DNA of 64,000 bases from contig CAWGAV010000016.1 in the NCBI GenBank assembly GCA_963820625.1, positions 7,047-71,046 on the forward strand, in the 5' to 3' direction. The position numbers were made by a program, and so were the translations under genes. The stretch is from an uncultured delta proteobacterium (GTDB lineage Bacteria > Desulfobacterota > BSN033 > UBA1163). The notes beneath the pieces were generated by a model. The model ran no database searches. It was not told where the DNA came from and saw only the letters and a list, made by a program, of their open reading frames with translations. Shown piece after piece: positions 9,483-19,467 of this stretch (position 1 is its first letter; each line of letters opens with the position of its first letter).

Positions 9483-10613
9483 TCACTTGGAAATGAGGTC
9501 GCCATAGAAAAAAGGTTGAAGTTTAAGAAATCTTCCAGGAGACTGTATTATCTCTCTCATCAATTCAATCTGATGATTGTGAATTTTTACATCCAGATAA
9601 TCGATGCAGGGATTCCTCAAGCCAGAGGGACCATCAATAGCTCCTCGATTACATGCCGCTTCAAGAATCCGAGTCTCCATTTCAGTACTTTGAAGAATCT
9701 CGGGCTGAGATAAGAGATACGCCAAACAGGCCAAAAAGGCATAGGTGGCATCTTCCGAAATAGCGCCGAAAATGGTCGCCTCAGCGGGATAGGAAGCTCC
9801 AATACCCCCACTGCAACCACATCGACATTTTTCTCCATAAAAGATCGTCTTTTTTGTCGCTTCTTTTAGGACCCCCATTCCTAACTCATTGCCCAAATCG
9901 CCTATCCCAATGGTTAAGCCACCTCTCTTCCCAACACCTTCGAAAAGTTCATCAATTTTTGCCACAAAATCGGTGATCGATCGCCCATTGGCCATGTGAT
10001 AAAACCCCTTTTCGTTTCTTCCCGGACGCTCAATGGAAATGGCTGCCTTGGGGTTCATCTCATCCAATATCCTATTGGCTTCTTCCGGGGCGCTTTGGGC
10101 ATCCTTGGTAAATGGAAGCACAGTAACCGTGTGGGGCATCAATAGGCTGATTTTAAAATTATTGAATACCCTGAGTCCGGCTGCTTCACAGCAGCCTTCG
10201 ACAATATGTACACTCTCGTCTTCACAAAAAACAACGGGTTTCCCTTTAAATCCAAGATCAACTGCACGGGCAATCAAGGCTGCCGCAACAACTCCATCAG
10301 TTTCAGTAGCTAACATATTGCTACTAAAGGTATGTTCCTTGAAGACCCTTCCATCCTTTAGGACATCAAAGGGCCCTACTGGAAAACCGGCCATGATAAA
10401 GACGACATCTCCCTCTTTGATCTTATCCACGAACTTCTGGGCTGCACGCATGGTCAAAGGCCCATCCGATTTATCGCGAGCCGCTTGGTACAGGGGATGA
10501 ATATGTCCCTGTCCTCGCCAATCGATCGTGATCAATCTATCCAGATTTGCGCCAATTATATTCATAAACTTTTTCTCAACTTTTTTTTCCATTTGTTCTA
10601 TCCTCACGATCAA
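9483..10613 (-). CDS. DUF4392 / D-glutamate cyclase-like protein
   Basis: ETDG, ISIERPGRN..YHMANG, TIGIGDLGNELGMG, GAIDG motifs. Confidence 0.75.
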   Translation of the reverse strand: MIVRIEQMEKKVEKKFMNIIGANLDRLITIDWRGQGHIHPLYQAARDKSDGPLTMRAAQKFVDKIKEGDVVFIMAGFPVGPFDVLKDGRVFKEHTFSSNMLATETDGVVAAALIARAVDLGFKGKPVVFCEDESVHIVEGCCEAAGLRVFNNFKISLLMPHTVTVLPFTKDAQSAPEEANRILDEMNPKAAISIERPGRNEKGFYHMANGRSITDFVAKIDELFEGVGKRGGLTIGIGDLGNELGMGVLKEATKKTIFYGEKCRCGCSGGIGASYPAEATIFGAISEDATYAFLACLAYLLSQPEILQSTEMETRILEAACNRGAIDGPSGLRNPCIDYLDVKIHNHQIELMREIIQSPGRFLKLQPFFYGDLISK

Positions 10614-10693
10614 AAGTTTTTTAATTTTGGGGATTTATGCAACACAAATCAAATATATTTGTGCTGCATCATCCATTAGTTTTTACAAGCGAA

Positions 10694-10813
10694 TTATGGA
10701 TATTTAAGGATGTCATCTAACAAGATCTGATTTTTCAATTCTTCCAAGTAATTAGGTCTAACCTCTTCGTGTTCTTTCAATTTTTCTATTTTGGGAAGAA
10801 GAATATCCTCCAT
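10694..10813 (-). pseudogene. Truncated paralog (39 codons) of the ParB/SerK-like gene at 2509-2925
   Basis: MEDILLPKIEKLKEHEEVRPNYLEELKNQILLDDILKYP* versus MGDIVFIEIEALKEHEEIRPDYLEELKNEILFDGILKMP; about 27 of 39 identical by hand count. Confidence 0.85.
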
Positions 10814-10920
10814 TTTTCTATCTACTGGCCCTCAAAAGTCAAGATAAATTTTTGGATGAAATTGGGCTAATGGATAGATGTTAATCCTCCTTGTTGAATT
10901 CCAGGTTTTGTAGTCTCTTA

Positions 10921-11310
10921 TTATTGAAACACCTTCTCATTCACTAAGTTTGGAGGCCGCTTGCCCGTGAGCCCTGCCACCAAATTTTAAGCCGCCATGG
11001 TAGCCATCCGAAGACAGGTCGGATGGGAAGCACTCACAATATGGGGCGCCAGAACAAAATTCTTTATCGGGATGAGGGCTGGTTCAACTTCGGGCTCTTT
11101 TGCGTACACATCCAGACCCGCTCCAGCAATCTTCCCCTCCTTCAGGGCATAGAGCCCTCTCATCAACCGCAGGGTCCCGAGAAGTAATGCCAAATGGCAG
11201 TAGGCTTCATAAAAGCCATCTCAGCTGGAGATACAGTGCGTTGTTTGAGGGACCAGCGGCACATGAAGCATCACAAAATCAGATTCGGTCAGCAAGTTTT
11301 CTTGTCTGCA
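10921..11310 (-). pseudogene. Remnant of a D-glycerate dehydrogenase / glyoxylate reductase (2-hydroxyacid dehydrogenase), C-terminal third
   Basis: Fragments spread over frames: [78 protein letters not shown]. Confidence 0.85.
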
Positions 11311-11330
11311 ATTGGATCTTTGCATTCTTC

Positions 11331-11873
11331 TTATGCTCCTTTTTTCAAGACCAAATCGATCATCAGCTCATTGGCGAGACGATGGAGGTCCTCTCTTAAC
11401 CCCTGCTCAGATATCGACCGGGGTACTTCCACCTCCATATCCATCTCAAAAAGCGGCGTCCCGCTCTCTGCAGAGAGCACACGATGGGTTTCCATGTCAA
11501 TGATATTGACTTTACGGTCAGCCAAAAGGCGGCAGACCTTGAAGACGATTCCGGCGTGATCCACCCCTGAAGTGGTGATTTTGAACCGGTCGGTCTCTTC
11601 CTTGATTTTGGGATAAGCCTCTTCAAAGGTGATCGGAGAATAGAAGACGGTCAAATTCTTTTCCCCTCCGAGTCGTTTCAGGGCGAAAGAAAGTTTCTGA
11701 TTCACCTCCTCCCTTTCTGTAGAAAAAAGGAGGAGAAGGGCGAAGTGGTTTCGAAGAAGACTCATGCTCGAATCCTCGACATTCCCCCCACACTCATAAA
11801 TCACTTCCGAAACATCGGCTACAATTCCTGGCCGATCCTTCCCCATCGCCGATAGGATAAAATAGGTCTTCAT
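11331..11873 (-). CDS. gcvR: ACT-domain glycine cleavage system regulator (GcvR-like)
   Basis: Two ACT repeats: ILSAMGKDRPGIVA and TSGVDHAGIVF; ATG at 11873 preceded by GGAGGA. Confidence 0.8.
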   Translation of the reverse strand: MKTYFILSAMGKDRPGIVADVSEVIYECGGNVEDSSMSLLRNHFALLLLFSTEREEVNQKLSFALKRLGGEKNLTVFYSPITFEEAYPKIKEETDRFKITTSGVDHAGIVFKVCRLLADRKVNIIDMETHRVLSAESGTPLFEMDMEVEVPRSISEQGLREDLHRLANELMIDLVLKKGA

Positions 11874-11895
11874 GGTTTCCTCCAATTTCGCACAG

Positions 11896-11996
11896 CGCAT
11901 GGAGCATAGAGTAACTCAGGGCTTTAGCCCTGAGGTCAGCCCTGAAGGGCTGGAGTTACACCCTATGCCCTTTGCCCTATGCTCTTTGCTTATTAC
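11896..11996. repeat. Inverted pair of GTAA-led REP-like palindromes flanked by heptamer-periodic arms
   Basis: GTAACTCAGGGCTTTAGCCCTGAG and reverse GTAACTCCAGCCCTTCAGGGCTGA, flanked by gcatggagcatagag and ctatgccctttgccctatgc. Confidence 0.6.
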
Positions 11997-14230
11997 TCAA
12001 GGATCTCCAAATTGGCATACCTGACTTTCAATCGTTTAGCTCCCACACTTTGAAAAAGAATCATTGCTTTCTGATTCTCGTCCATCCCCTCCACGGATTT
12101 GACCCTCCCTTCCCCAAATTTTGGGTGTCTCACCCGCATCCCTATCTTGAGTGGATAAAACCCCTCAGGACTCAGGACGACTCCATCCCCTTCCGGATAG
12201 GGACTCTCTTGTGACAGGTCATCCACCCTTATCTCGGTCTGATGGGACTCATCTCTCCACGGAGTTTCCTGCGAGAATAAACTCTCCATTCTCCCCTTTT
12301 TCTCTTCGAATTGCATCAATTCCATAGGGAGTTCATCAAGAAAACGAGAAGGAAGATTGGCACGGCCCACGCCAAAAGTGGATCGCTCTTCTGCCCGTGA
12401 AAGAAAGAGCCTCTCCTTCGCACGCGTCATCCCCACATAGAAGAGCCTCCTCTCCTCCTCCATATCTTCAATCTCCTCACCCCGCCGGTAGTGAGGCAGA
12501 AGGCCCTCTTCTATTCCCACGATGAAAACTACGGGGAACTCCAATCCTTTTGCGCAATGAAGGGTCATCAGAGAAACTCGATTCCCTTTATCCTCATAAA
12601 GATCCACGTCGGTCACCAATGAGACCTTATCCAAAAAGCTTTCCAGGGAAACCTCCTCTTCTCCCTGCTCCAGTCCCATCATCACGTTGATTAATTCATC
12701 AATGTTCTCCATCTTTGAAAAAGCCTCGTCCGTTCCTTCCTCTTTTAACCTTTGGAGATACTCTGTCTTGGCGAGAAGGGCTAAAGTGAGTTGGCTGAGG
12801 GTGAGGAATCCTGCATCTTTTCGGAACTCTTCTATCAATTGGACAAACTCTTTTATCTTTGCTTTGACAGCAGGAGGCAGCCAATCTTCTCCGATCGCCT
12901 GCCTCAACCCTTCATAAAGGGGAAGCCCCTTTTCTCTGGAGAAGGCCTCTATCTTCTCGATCGTTTTCTCCCCAATCCCCCTCGAAGGGACATTGATGAT
13001 CCTTTTCAGACTGAGACCATCAGAGGGATTATTCATTAACTTCAGGTAGGCCAGGACATCCTTAATCTCTTTTCGTTCATAAAACTTCATCCCTCCCACC
13101 ACCGTATAGGGAATCCGGTTTTTAACCAGCTCATCTTCCATGGCACGAGACTGGGCATTGATCCGGTAGAAGACGGCAATATCATGATAAGGCCTGACCG
13201 ATTTCCCTGTGGAGGCATGTCCCATGATTCTCCGGACCACGAAACGTGCCTCGTCCGTTTCATCCTCAGCCACATAAAAGGTGAGGAGTTCCCCTTCAGG
13301 ATTCTCCGTCCAGAGTTTCTTCTCTTTTCTGTAGCGGTTTTTCCGTACGACATGGTTGGCAGCTTGGAGGATGTTCTGAGTGGAGCGATAATTCTGTTCC
13401 AGAGTGATGACTTTGGTCTCTGGAAAGTCCTTCTCAAAATTCAAAATATTTCCTATCTCTGCTCCTCTCCAGCGGTAGATGGATTGGTCATCGTCTCCGA
13501 CCACACAGATGTTCCGATGTGCCTCGACCATCTGTCTGATGAGCTGATATTGGATCTGGTTGGTATCCTGAAACTCATCCACCATCACATAGCGGCAGAG
13601 TTCCTGATAAGACCTGAGGATCTCTGGAAAGCGTCTGAAAAGAACCGTCACAAAGGTGAGGAGGTCTCCAAAGTCGAGGGCATTATTTCTGTGGAGGTCC
13701 TCTTGGTAGCGCTGATAAACCAACGCCAGCCTCTTTTGGAATATATTATAGGGGTTTGGAGAATATTGGTCCGGTGTGATCCCCTCATTTTTCAATTGTT
13801 CAAGGCCGGATTGAATGGCCCGGGGAGGAAACATCTTGAAGTCGAGGTTCAATTCTCTCATGATCGTTTTGAGATGTCGCTCCTGATCCTGATTATCATA
13901 AATGACGAAATTTCTTTTAAAACCGAGACCCTCAATATGCTGTCTTAAGATGCGGGCACAGGCTGAATGAAACGTGGAGATCCAGGTCCCCTTTGCCGAT
14001 CTTCCAAGAAGTCTCTCTACCCTTTCCCGCATCTCATCGGCCGCCTTATTGGTAAAGGTGACCGCAAAGATATTCCAGGGCTGCATCCCTTTTTCTTGAA
14101 TGAGATAAGCAATTCGGTAGGTCAGAACTCTGGTCTTTCCACTCCCGGCCCCTGCAAAAACGAGGAGTGGCCCCTCTGTTTCCAAAACCGCCTTCTTTTG
14201 AACAGGATTGAGTTCGTTGAGAAGAGACAT
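11993..14230 (-). CDS. pcrA: ATP-dependent DNA helicase PcrA/UvrD
   Basis: AGAGSGKT, DEFQDTN, VGDDDQSIY, LEQNYRS, LMTLHCAKGLEF, EERRLFYVGMTRA; C-terminal Tudor-like VRHPKFG. Confidence 0.95.
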   Translation of the reverse strand: MSLLNELNPVQKKAVLETEGPLLVFAGAGSGKTRVLTYRIAYLIQEKGMQPWNIFAVTFTNKAADEMRERVERLLGRSAKGTWISTFHSACARILRQHIEGLGFKRNFVIYDNQDQERHLKTIMRELNLDFKMFPPRAIQSGLEQLKNEGITPDQYSPNPYNIFQKRLALVYQRYQEDLHRNNALDFGDLLTFVTVLFRRFPEILRSYQELCRYVMVDEFQDTNQIQYQLIRQMVEAHRNICVVGDDDQSIYRWRGAEIGNILNFEKDFPETKVITLEQNYRSTQNILQAANHVVRKNRYRKEKKLWTENPEGELLTFYVAEDETDEARFVVRRIMGHASTGKSVRPYHDIAVFYRINAQSRAMEDELVKNRIPYTVVGGMKFYERKEIKDVLAYLKLMNNPSDGLSLKRIINVPSRGIGEKTIEKIEAFSREKGLPLYEGLRQAIGEDWLPPAVKAKIKEFVQLIEEFRKDAGFLTLSQLTLALLAKTEYLQRLKEEGTDEAFSKMENIDELINVMMGLEQGEEEVSLESFLDKVSLVTDVDLYEDKGNRVSLMTLHCAKGLEFPVVFIVGIEEGLLPHYRRGEEIEDMEEERRLFYVGMTRAKERLFLSRAEERSTFGVGRANLPSRFLDELPMELMQFEEKKGRMESLFSQETPWRDESHQTEIRVDDLSQESPYPEGDGVVLSPEGFYPLKIGMRVRHPKFGEGRVKSVEGMDENQKAMILFQSVGAKRLKVRYANLEILE

Positions 14231-14239
14231 TGTTTTAAA

Positions 14240-14358
14240 TAAATGTCAAATGTCAAAATCCAAATGCCAAATTAATGTCAAATTCCAAAATGAAGAGATT
14301 TTAGGCTTTGAAATTCGGAATTCATTTGTACCTTGAGCTTTGACATTTGGCATTAATT
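14240..14358. repeat. Heptamer-periodic palindromic intergenic element (CAAATGT-type)
   Basis: aaatgtcaaatgtcaaaatccaaatgccaaa ... tttgacatttggcatt inverted arms; related copies at about 664-742, 31586-31710 and 57820-57990. Confidence 0.7.
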
Positions 14359-14420
14359 GGCTCCATGTTGAAAAAGATTCGCCTCAATAAAATACTTGCC
14401 ATCGGAAGGAGTGGATATGT

Positions 14421-16250
14421 TTATTCCACGGTGACGCTCTTGGCCAGGTTTCTCGGCTGATCCACATCCGTGCCTTTGAAGTCAGCCATATAGTAGGCCA
14501 GGAGTTGAAGAGGAATGGTGAGGAGAATGGGAGTAAGAGAAGGAACCGTCTCGGGAATGAAGATCACATCGTCCACTTTTTTGACGATCTCTCGATCAGA
14601 TGGAGAAGCAAGGGCAATCACCTTTCCTTCCCTTGCCTTCACCTCTTCGATATTCGAGATCACCTTCTCATAGACATCATTCTTGGTGGCAAGGACAACA
14701 ATCGGCATCTCCCGATCGATCAAGGCGATGGGACCATGCTTCATCTCACCTGCTGGATAGCCCTCTGCATGGACATAAGAGATCTCCTTCAATTTCAGCG
14801 CCCCTTCCAATGCAATGGGGTAGTTGATCCCTCTCCCAAGATAGAGAAAATCTCTGGCATGGAGGTACTTTCTGGCGACCTTGGCTACTTGAGGCGATGT
14901 CTTCAGCATTTCTTCCATGAGGTGTGGAACCCTGACCAATTCCTCGACCAAGGTCTTCCCTGTCTCGTTGGAGAGGATGCCCAACTCCCTGCCAATTCGA
15001 AGGGCAAGAAGAAAAAGGATGACCAGTTGGGTGGCAAAGGTCTTGGTGGAAGCTACGCCGATCTCAGGGCCTGCATGGGTGTAGATCACATGGTCTGCCT
15101 CTCTTGCCAAGCTTGATTCCACCACATTGCAGATGGCCAAGGTCACCGCTCCTTTTCGTTTCGCTTCTCTCAAAGCAGCCAAGGTATCGGCTGTTTCCCC
15201 GGATTGGGAGATTGCTACAAGCAGGTCATTCTCTCCAACAATAGGATTCCGATATCGAAACTCAGAGCCGATATCTGCCTCCACAGGAATTCGACAGAAC
15301 TCTTCGATGAGAAACTTTCCCACGAGGGCGGCATGATAGGAGGTGCCACAGGCAATCAGGTTGATCCGCCGAATTTTCTTTAGAAACATTGGGTCAAAGT
15401 GGATATCTTCGAGAACGGCATCACCCTTCTCCTCTGAGAGCCGACCCCGGATGGTATCGGTCACTGCCCTGGGCTGTTCGAAGATCTCCTTGAGCATAAA
15501 ATGTTTATACCCACCCTTCTCAGCCATCAAGGGACTCCAGTTGACTCGTTTCGGTTCCTTTGAAACTTCATCTCCCTTGGCATCAAAGACTTTTACTCCC
15601 TTGAAGGAGAGAAGGGCCACCTCACCATCCTCCATAAATATGAAGTCCCGAGTGTAAGGAAGGATAGGAGGGACATCTGAGGCGATGAAATACTCTTCCT
15701 TTCCAAGGCCTATCACCAGAGGACTCTCCTTTCTGGCAGCAATCAAGCACTTCTCATCCCCTTCGAAAAGAATTCCCAATGCATAAGAGCCCTTGATCTT
15801 ATCTAAAGCTATTCTCACCGCCTCCAGGGATGAATTTCCTTCCTGAATGAATTCATCGATCAGATGGGAGATGATCTCCGTATCGGTTTCAGAGGTGAAA
15901 ACATGACCCTTGCTTTTGAGAATTTCTTTGAGAGGAAGATAGTTTTCAATGATGCCATTGTGGACGACAGCGACCCTGCCTGCTTTATGAGGATGGGCAT
16001 TCTCGTCCGATGGCCTTCCATGGGTCGCCCATCGAGTATGACCTATCCCTACCTTCCCATCAAAGATCTCCCCCCCGATCAACTCTTCCAATTTTGTTAA
16101 TTTCCCTTCTTTTCTTCTGATCTCGACTTTGCCTCGATGGAAGACCGCGATGCCTGCGGAGTCATACCCTCTATATTCGAGCCGTTTGAGCCCCTCAATG
16201 AGAACTTTTACGGTTTCTCTTGGGCCGATATATCCGACAATGCCACACAT
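14421..16250 (-). CDS. glmS: Glutamine--fructose-6-phosphate transaminase
   Basis: [45 protein letters not shown]. Confidence 0.98.
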   Translation of the reverse strand: MCGIVGYIGPRETVKVLIEGLKRLEYRGYDSAGIAVFHRGKVEIRRKEGKLTKLEELIGGEIFDGKVGIGHTRWATHGRPSDENAHPHKAGRVAVVHNGIIENYLPLKEILKSKGHVFTSETDTEIISHLIDEFIQEGNSSLEAVRIALDKIKGSYALGILFEGDEKCLIAARKESPLVIGLGKEEYFIASDVPPILPYTRDFIFMEDGEVALLSFKGVKVFDAKGDEVSKEPKRVNWSPLMAEKGGYKHFMLKEIFEQPRAVTDTIRGRLSEEKGDAVLEDIHFDPMFLKKIRRINLIACGTSYHAALVGKFLIEEFCRIPVEADIGSEFRYRNPIVGENDLLVAISQSGETADTLAALREAKRKGAVTLAICNVVESSLAREADHVIYTHAGPEIGVASTKTFATQLVILFLLALRIGRELGILSNETGKTLVEELVRVPHLMEEMLKTSPQVAKVARKYLHARDFLYLGRGINYPIALEGALKLKEISYVHAEGYPAGEMKHGPIALIDREMPIVVLATKNDVYEKVISNIEEVKAREGKVIALASPSDREIVKKVDDVIFIPETVPSLTPILLTIPLQLLAYYMADFKGTDVDQPRNLAKSVTVE

Positions 16251-16253
16251 TTC

Positions 16254-17660
16254 TCAATCCTTCCTTTCTCTCGATTTTTTACGGCGGTGTTCTATCTTTT
16301 TATTCCACCTCTTGATGTTCTTCTGCTTCACCCGGCTGATCGCCAGTGCCCCTTCAGGAACATCTTTTGTGACCGTGGTGCCTGCACCGATCGAGGAATC
16401 GTTTCCCACCTTGACCGGAGCCACCAACTCCACATTTGATCCCACAAAGACCCGATTGCCGATGATCGTCTGGTGTTTCTCGAATCCATCGTAGTTGCAT
16501 GTAATGGTCCCAGCGCCAATGTTGACGTCTTCTCCGAGAAAGGAATCGCCAATATAGGCCAGATGGTTGGCTTTTGAACCTTTACCGATGACCGACTTCT
16601 TCACCTCCACGAAGTTTCCGATCTTTGCCTTGGTCTTCACCTCGCTCAATGGCCTCAGATGGGCAAAAGGGCCGATGGAGGCTCCCTCTTCAATTTTGCT
16701 TTCCGTGATCACAGAGTTTGAGCGAATGGTCACATCATTGCCGATAATAGAATCTGAAACCTTTGAGCTGGTTTCGATGATACACCGTTCACCAATTCTC
16801 GTCTTCCCTTGCAGATGACAATTTGGATAGAGGAGGGTATCTCTCCCTACTTCAACGGTTCGATCGACATAAGTGGTTTTGGGGTCGACAATCGTCACGC
16901 CAGAAAGCATCAGATCTCTCAACTTTTCCAGTCGGAGTTTTTCGTTGGCCACGGCAAGATCCACACGTGTATTGATCCCCATCACTTCCACTGGATCCAC
17001 CACGATATGAGCAGAACACCTCAAACCTCTCTTCTTTGCAATCTCGACCAGATCGGTCAGATAGTATTCACCCTGAGCATTCTCTTTTCCAATCTCTCTT
17101 AAACCTTCCATTAAAAAGGGAGCCTTCACACAGAAGATCCCGGTATTGATCTCTCGAACCATCTTTTCTTCTTTTGAGGCATCTTTTTCTTCCACAATCT
17201 TTTCCAGCCAACCTTCCGAGTTTCGAAGGACACGACCATACCCGAAGGGTTCCTCAACGACGGCTGTCAGGACAGATAGGGTGGATTCATTTTCCTTATA
17301 AGCATCGATAAAAGACCGAAGGGTTTCCACCTTCACCAAAGGCACATCCCCGCAGAGGATCAAAACCGTACCAGGGAATGACTGAAGAAATGGAATGGCT
17401 TGTAAGACGGCGTGACCCGTGCCCAGTTGTTCTTCCTGGGAGGCAAAGTCAATCTTGAAGTTTTTAAACACTTCCTGAATGCGGTCCGCCTGGTGACCCA
17501 CGACCACAATTGTCTTTTCGGCCTTGATCCCACTCAAGGAAAGTTCAATGGGATAAGAGAGCATGGGAAGTCCCAAAAGGGGATGAAGGACTTTCACAAG
17601 TTCTGACTTCATCCGGGTTCCTTTCCCCGCTGCAAGAATGATGGTGGCAATACTTTCCAA
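16254..17660 (-). CDS. glmU: Bifunctional UDP-GlcNAc pyrophosphorylase / acetyltransferase
   Basis: ILAAGKGTRMKS, QLGTGHAV, GEYYLTD, hexapeptide repeats, GPFAHLRP. Confidence 0.98.
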   Translation of the reverse strand: MESIATIILAAGKGTRMKSELVKVLHPLLGLPMLSYPIELSLSGIKAEKTIVVVGHQADRIQEVFKNFKIDFASQEEQLGTGHAVLQAIPFLQSFPGTVLILCGDVPLVKVETLRSFIDAYKENESTLSVLTAVVEEPFGYGRVLRNSEGWLEKIVEEKDASKEEKMVREINTGIFCVKAPFLMEGLREIGKENAQGEYYLTDLVEIAKKRGLRCSAHIVVDPVEVMGINTRVDLAVANEKLRLEKLRDLMLSGVTIVDPKTTYVDRTVEVGRDTLLYPNCHLQGKTRIGERCIIETSSKVSDSIIGNDVTIRSNSVITESKIEEGASIGPFAHLRPLSEVKTKAKIGNFVEVKKSVIGKGSKANHLAYIGDSFLGEDVNIGAGTITCNYDGFEKHQTIIGNRVFVGSNVELVAPVKVGNDSSIGAGTTVTKDVPEGALAISRVKQKNIKRWNKKIEHRRKKSRERKD

Positions 17661-17794
17661 GTCTCAATCCTTATCAGGTGATTTCACCCTTTTTTATACT
17701 ATGGATGAGACCTTTCGTCAATCCTGGAAAGTTGATTATTAATCTCGGAATAGTTTTGGCCCCTTATAAGACTACGACCTTTTCTCAAAATTGC

Positions 17795-17861
17795 GCCTGA
17801 CGTTCAAGGCTAAAAGAAGTGCGTAGCATTTGGATGTCAATCTTTTGGCCTGCTGTTATCT
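17795..17861 (+). mobile_element. Integron attC-like site 1 (imperfect R'' box)
   Basis: GCCTGAC..AGGCTAAAAGA...TCTTTTGGCCT..GTTATCT. Confidence 0.6.
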
Positions 17862-17952
17862 GAAGCGTGCCGCAAATTCGTACTTGATTTTATCATAATT
17901 AAGTTTTAATATGAAATACAAATAGTAAGAGGAACTTCTCAAGGAGGAAACG

Positions 17953-18222
17953 ATGCCAATAATAAAATCCATTTCAAGCCTGCGCAACCGGACGAGAGAC
18001 ATAGCCTCCTTGTGCCATGAACGAGACGAACCTGTTTATTTGACAACGAATGGTGAAGGCGATCTTGTTGTCATGAGCATTGAGCATTATGAAAGACTCA
18101 AAGCAAGGGTGGAGCTTTTTGAAAAACTCGCTGTTGCTCAAGCCCAAGCTGCGGCAGGGGAAAAAGGGTTTACGCATACGCAAGTGATGAAAAAGCTTAG
18201 GCAGCGCTTGCATGGGAAATAA
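17953..18222 (+). CDS. Phd/YefM family antitoxin
   Basis: IKSISSLRN, EPVYLTTNGEGDLVVMSIEHYE; own promoter TTGATT-17-TAATAT upstream. Confidence 0.9.
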   Translation: MPIIKSISSLRNRTRDIASLCHERDEPVYLTTNGEGDLVVMSIEHYERLKARVELFEKLAVAQAQAAAGEKGFTHTQVMKKLRQRLHGK

Positions 18223-18517
18223 GTACACACTTCGTTACCTTCCTGTTGCCGTTGACGACCTTGTTTCAATATTCGACTGGATCGCAAATGACAGTCCCGC
18301 AAATGCGGCAGCGTTTGTTGAAAAACTCGATCAGCTTATCGGCAACCTCAAAACACACCCCTTCCTTGGTCACATACCACGTGACGAAAAACTCAAGAAT
18401 TCAGGTTATCGAATCCTCGTCATTGAATCCTATCTCGTATTCTACATAATTCGTGGCAAAACCGTTGAAATTCATCGTGTTGTTCATGGCTCCCGGAATT
18501 TGGACGATATTATATAA
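18212..18517 (+). CDS. RelE/ParE family toxin
   Basis: AVDDLVSIFDWIANDSP, LKTHPFLG, GYRILVIESYLVFY, HRVVHGSRN; overlaps the antitoxin. Confidence 0.9.
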   Translation: MGNKYTLRYLPVAVDDLVSIFDWIANDSPANAAAFVEKLDQLIGNLKTHPFLGHIPRDEKLKNSGYRILVIESYLVFYIIRGKTVEIHRVVHGSRNLDDII

Positions 18518-18549
18518 GACCTCTGTTTTTTCCCTTTGCGGCGCATTTT

Positions 18550-18615
18550 AGATAACGTTATTGATGCAAAAGAAGCCAAAACGTTCGGACGTAAGTCTTT
18601 TGCAATGTGTTATCT
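18550..18615 (+). mobile_element. Integron attC site 2
   Basis: AGATAAC..TTGATGCAAAAGA...TCTTTTGCAA..GTTATCT; R'' complementary to the GTTATCT that opens this cassette at 17855. Confidence 0.75.
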
Positions 18616-18775
18616 GCAGGTACGTGTATCCTTCTCTATCTTTTTGTAAAGTGTATAATTTAGCCTTGACCCCATATCTAATTATCCATTCACTAAAAGA
18701 TGTGTGGCAAAGCTGTGCCTCAGCGTGTGCACCGATGCCTGTTTGGTAATAAATTGCGAACTATTATCCCGATGA

Positions 18776-19078
18776 TTGAGTCGATTTTCAACAACAAATC
18801 AGCAATCAGCAATCATTCGCGATTCAAACGAGAAATGGAAACAGATTGGCACTTGGGAGTTCTCCCTCGACGCTCGCTCATGGGGGGAACTTACTAATCG
18901 CGGTACAGGTTGCTATGTGAATCCTAAAGGTGCTCCACAATACGGTGAGATATGTCAACCACCGGATTTGCATAAATACACAGGTTCTAGAGAACAAATT
19001 CCTGAAGATGGCTTTGGGGCACCTCCCTCATATTTGGATTTCCCGAAAGGTCAAGAAAACGAGCGCGATAAATCATAA
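18776..19078 (+). CDS. Hypothetical ORF, probably the 3' remnant of a cassette gene
   Basis: Stop lies 5 bp before attC 3; no recognisable family; 5' end doubtful. Confidence 0.35.
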   Translation: MSRFSTTNQQSAIIRDSNEKWKQIGTWEFSLDARSWGELTNRGTGCYVNPKGAPQYGEICQPPDLHKYTGSREQIPEDGFGAPPSYLDFPKGQENERDKS

Positions 19079-19083
19079 GTTTT

Positions 19084-19158
19084 GCACAACCAGCGGCTGA
19101 AGAGGGACTGACAAATCCACTGCGCTCCTTTGCCAGCCTCTTAGCCACGGCGTTAGCC
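19084..19158 (+). mobile_element. Integron attC site 3
   Basis: GCACAAC-CAGC-GGCTGAAGAGG..CTG...CAGCCTCTTAGCC-ACGGC-GTTAGCC. Confidence 0.85.
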
Positions 19159-19197
19159 CGAATAGACTTTAACATATCATAATGATATAATGGATTT

Positions 19198-19467
19198 ATG
19201 ATTACCGATACCGACAAAAATATAATTGAACAACTGGCCCGGAAGTATCACGCGAAGCGTGTGGTGCTATTTGGATCCAGTCTATCCCCTACCCAGGAAT
19301 ACCGGGATATTGATATTGCAGTTGAAGGCATCGAGGAAAAGGATTTCTACACCTTCTATGGCGAACTATTGTGCGCTTTATCAAAGCCCGTTGACATCAT
19401 TGACCTGTCTAAGAAGACCCGTTTCATCGAACTGATTCTACGGGAGGGCATACCTCTCTATGCCTGA
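19198..19467 (+). CDS. Minimal nucleotidyltransferase (MNT) antitoxin
   Basis: VVLFGS, DIDIAVEG, KPVDIIDL. Confidence 0.9.
   Translation: MITDTDKNIIEQLARKYHAKRVVLFGSSLSPTQEYRDIDIAVEGIEEKDFYTFYGELLCALSKPVDIIDLSKKTRFIELILREGIPLYA

Noticed and set aside
14240-14358. Periodic repeats considered as a CRISPR array
   Set aside because: Units are 7-8 nt, degenerate and palindromic, with no constant repeat plus unique spacer pattern and no cas genes.
16250-16254. glmS ribozyme
   Set aside because: glmU and glmS are 3 bp apart, leaving no leader.
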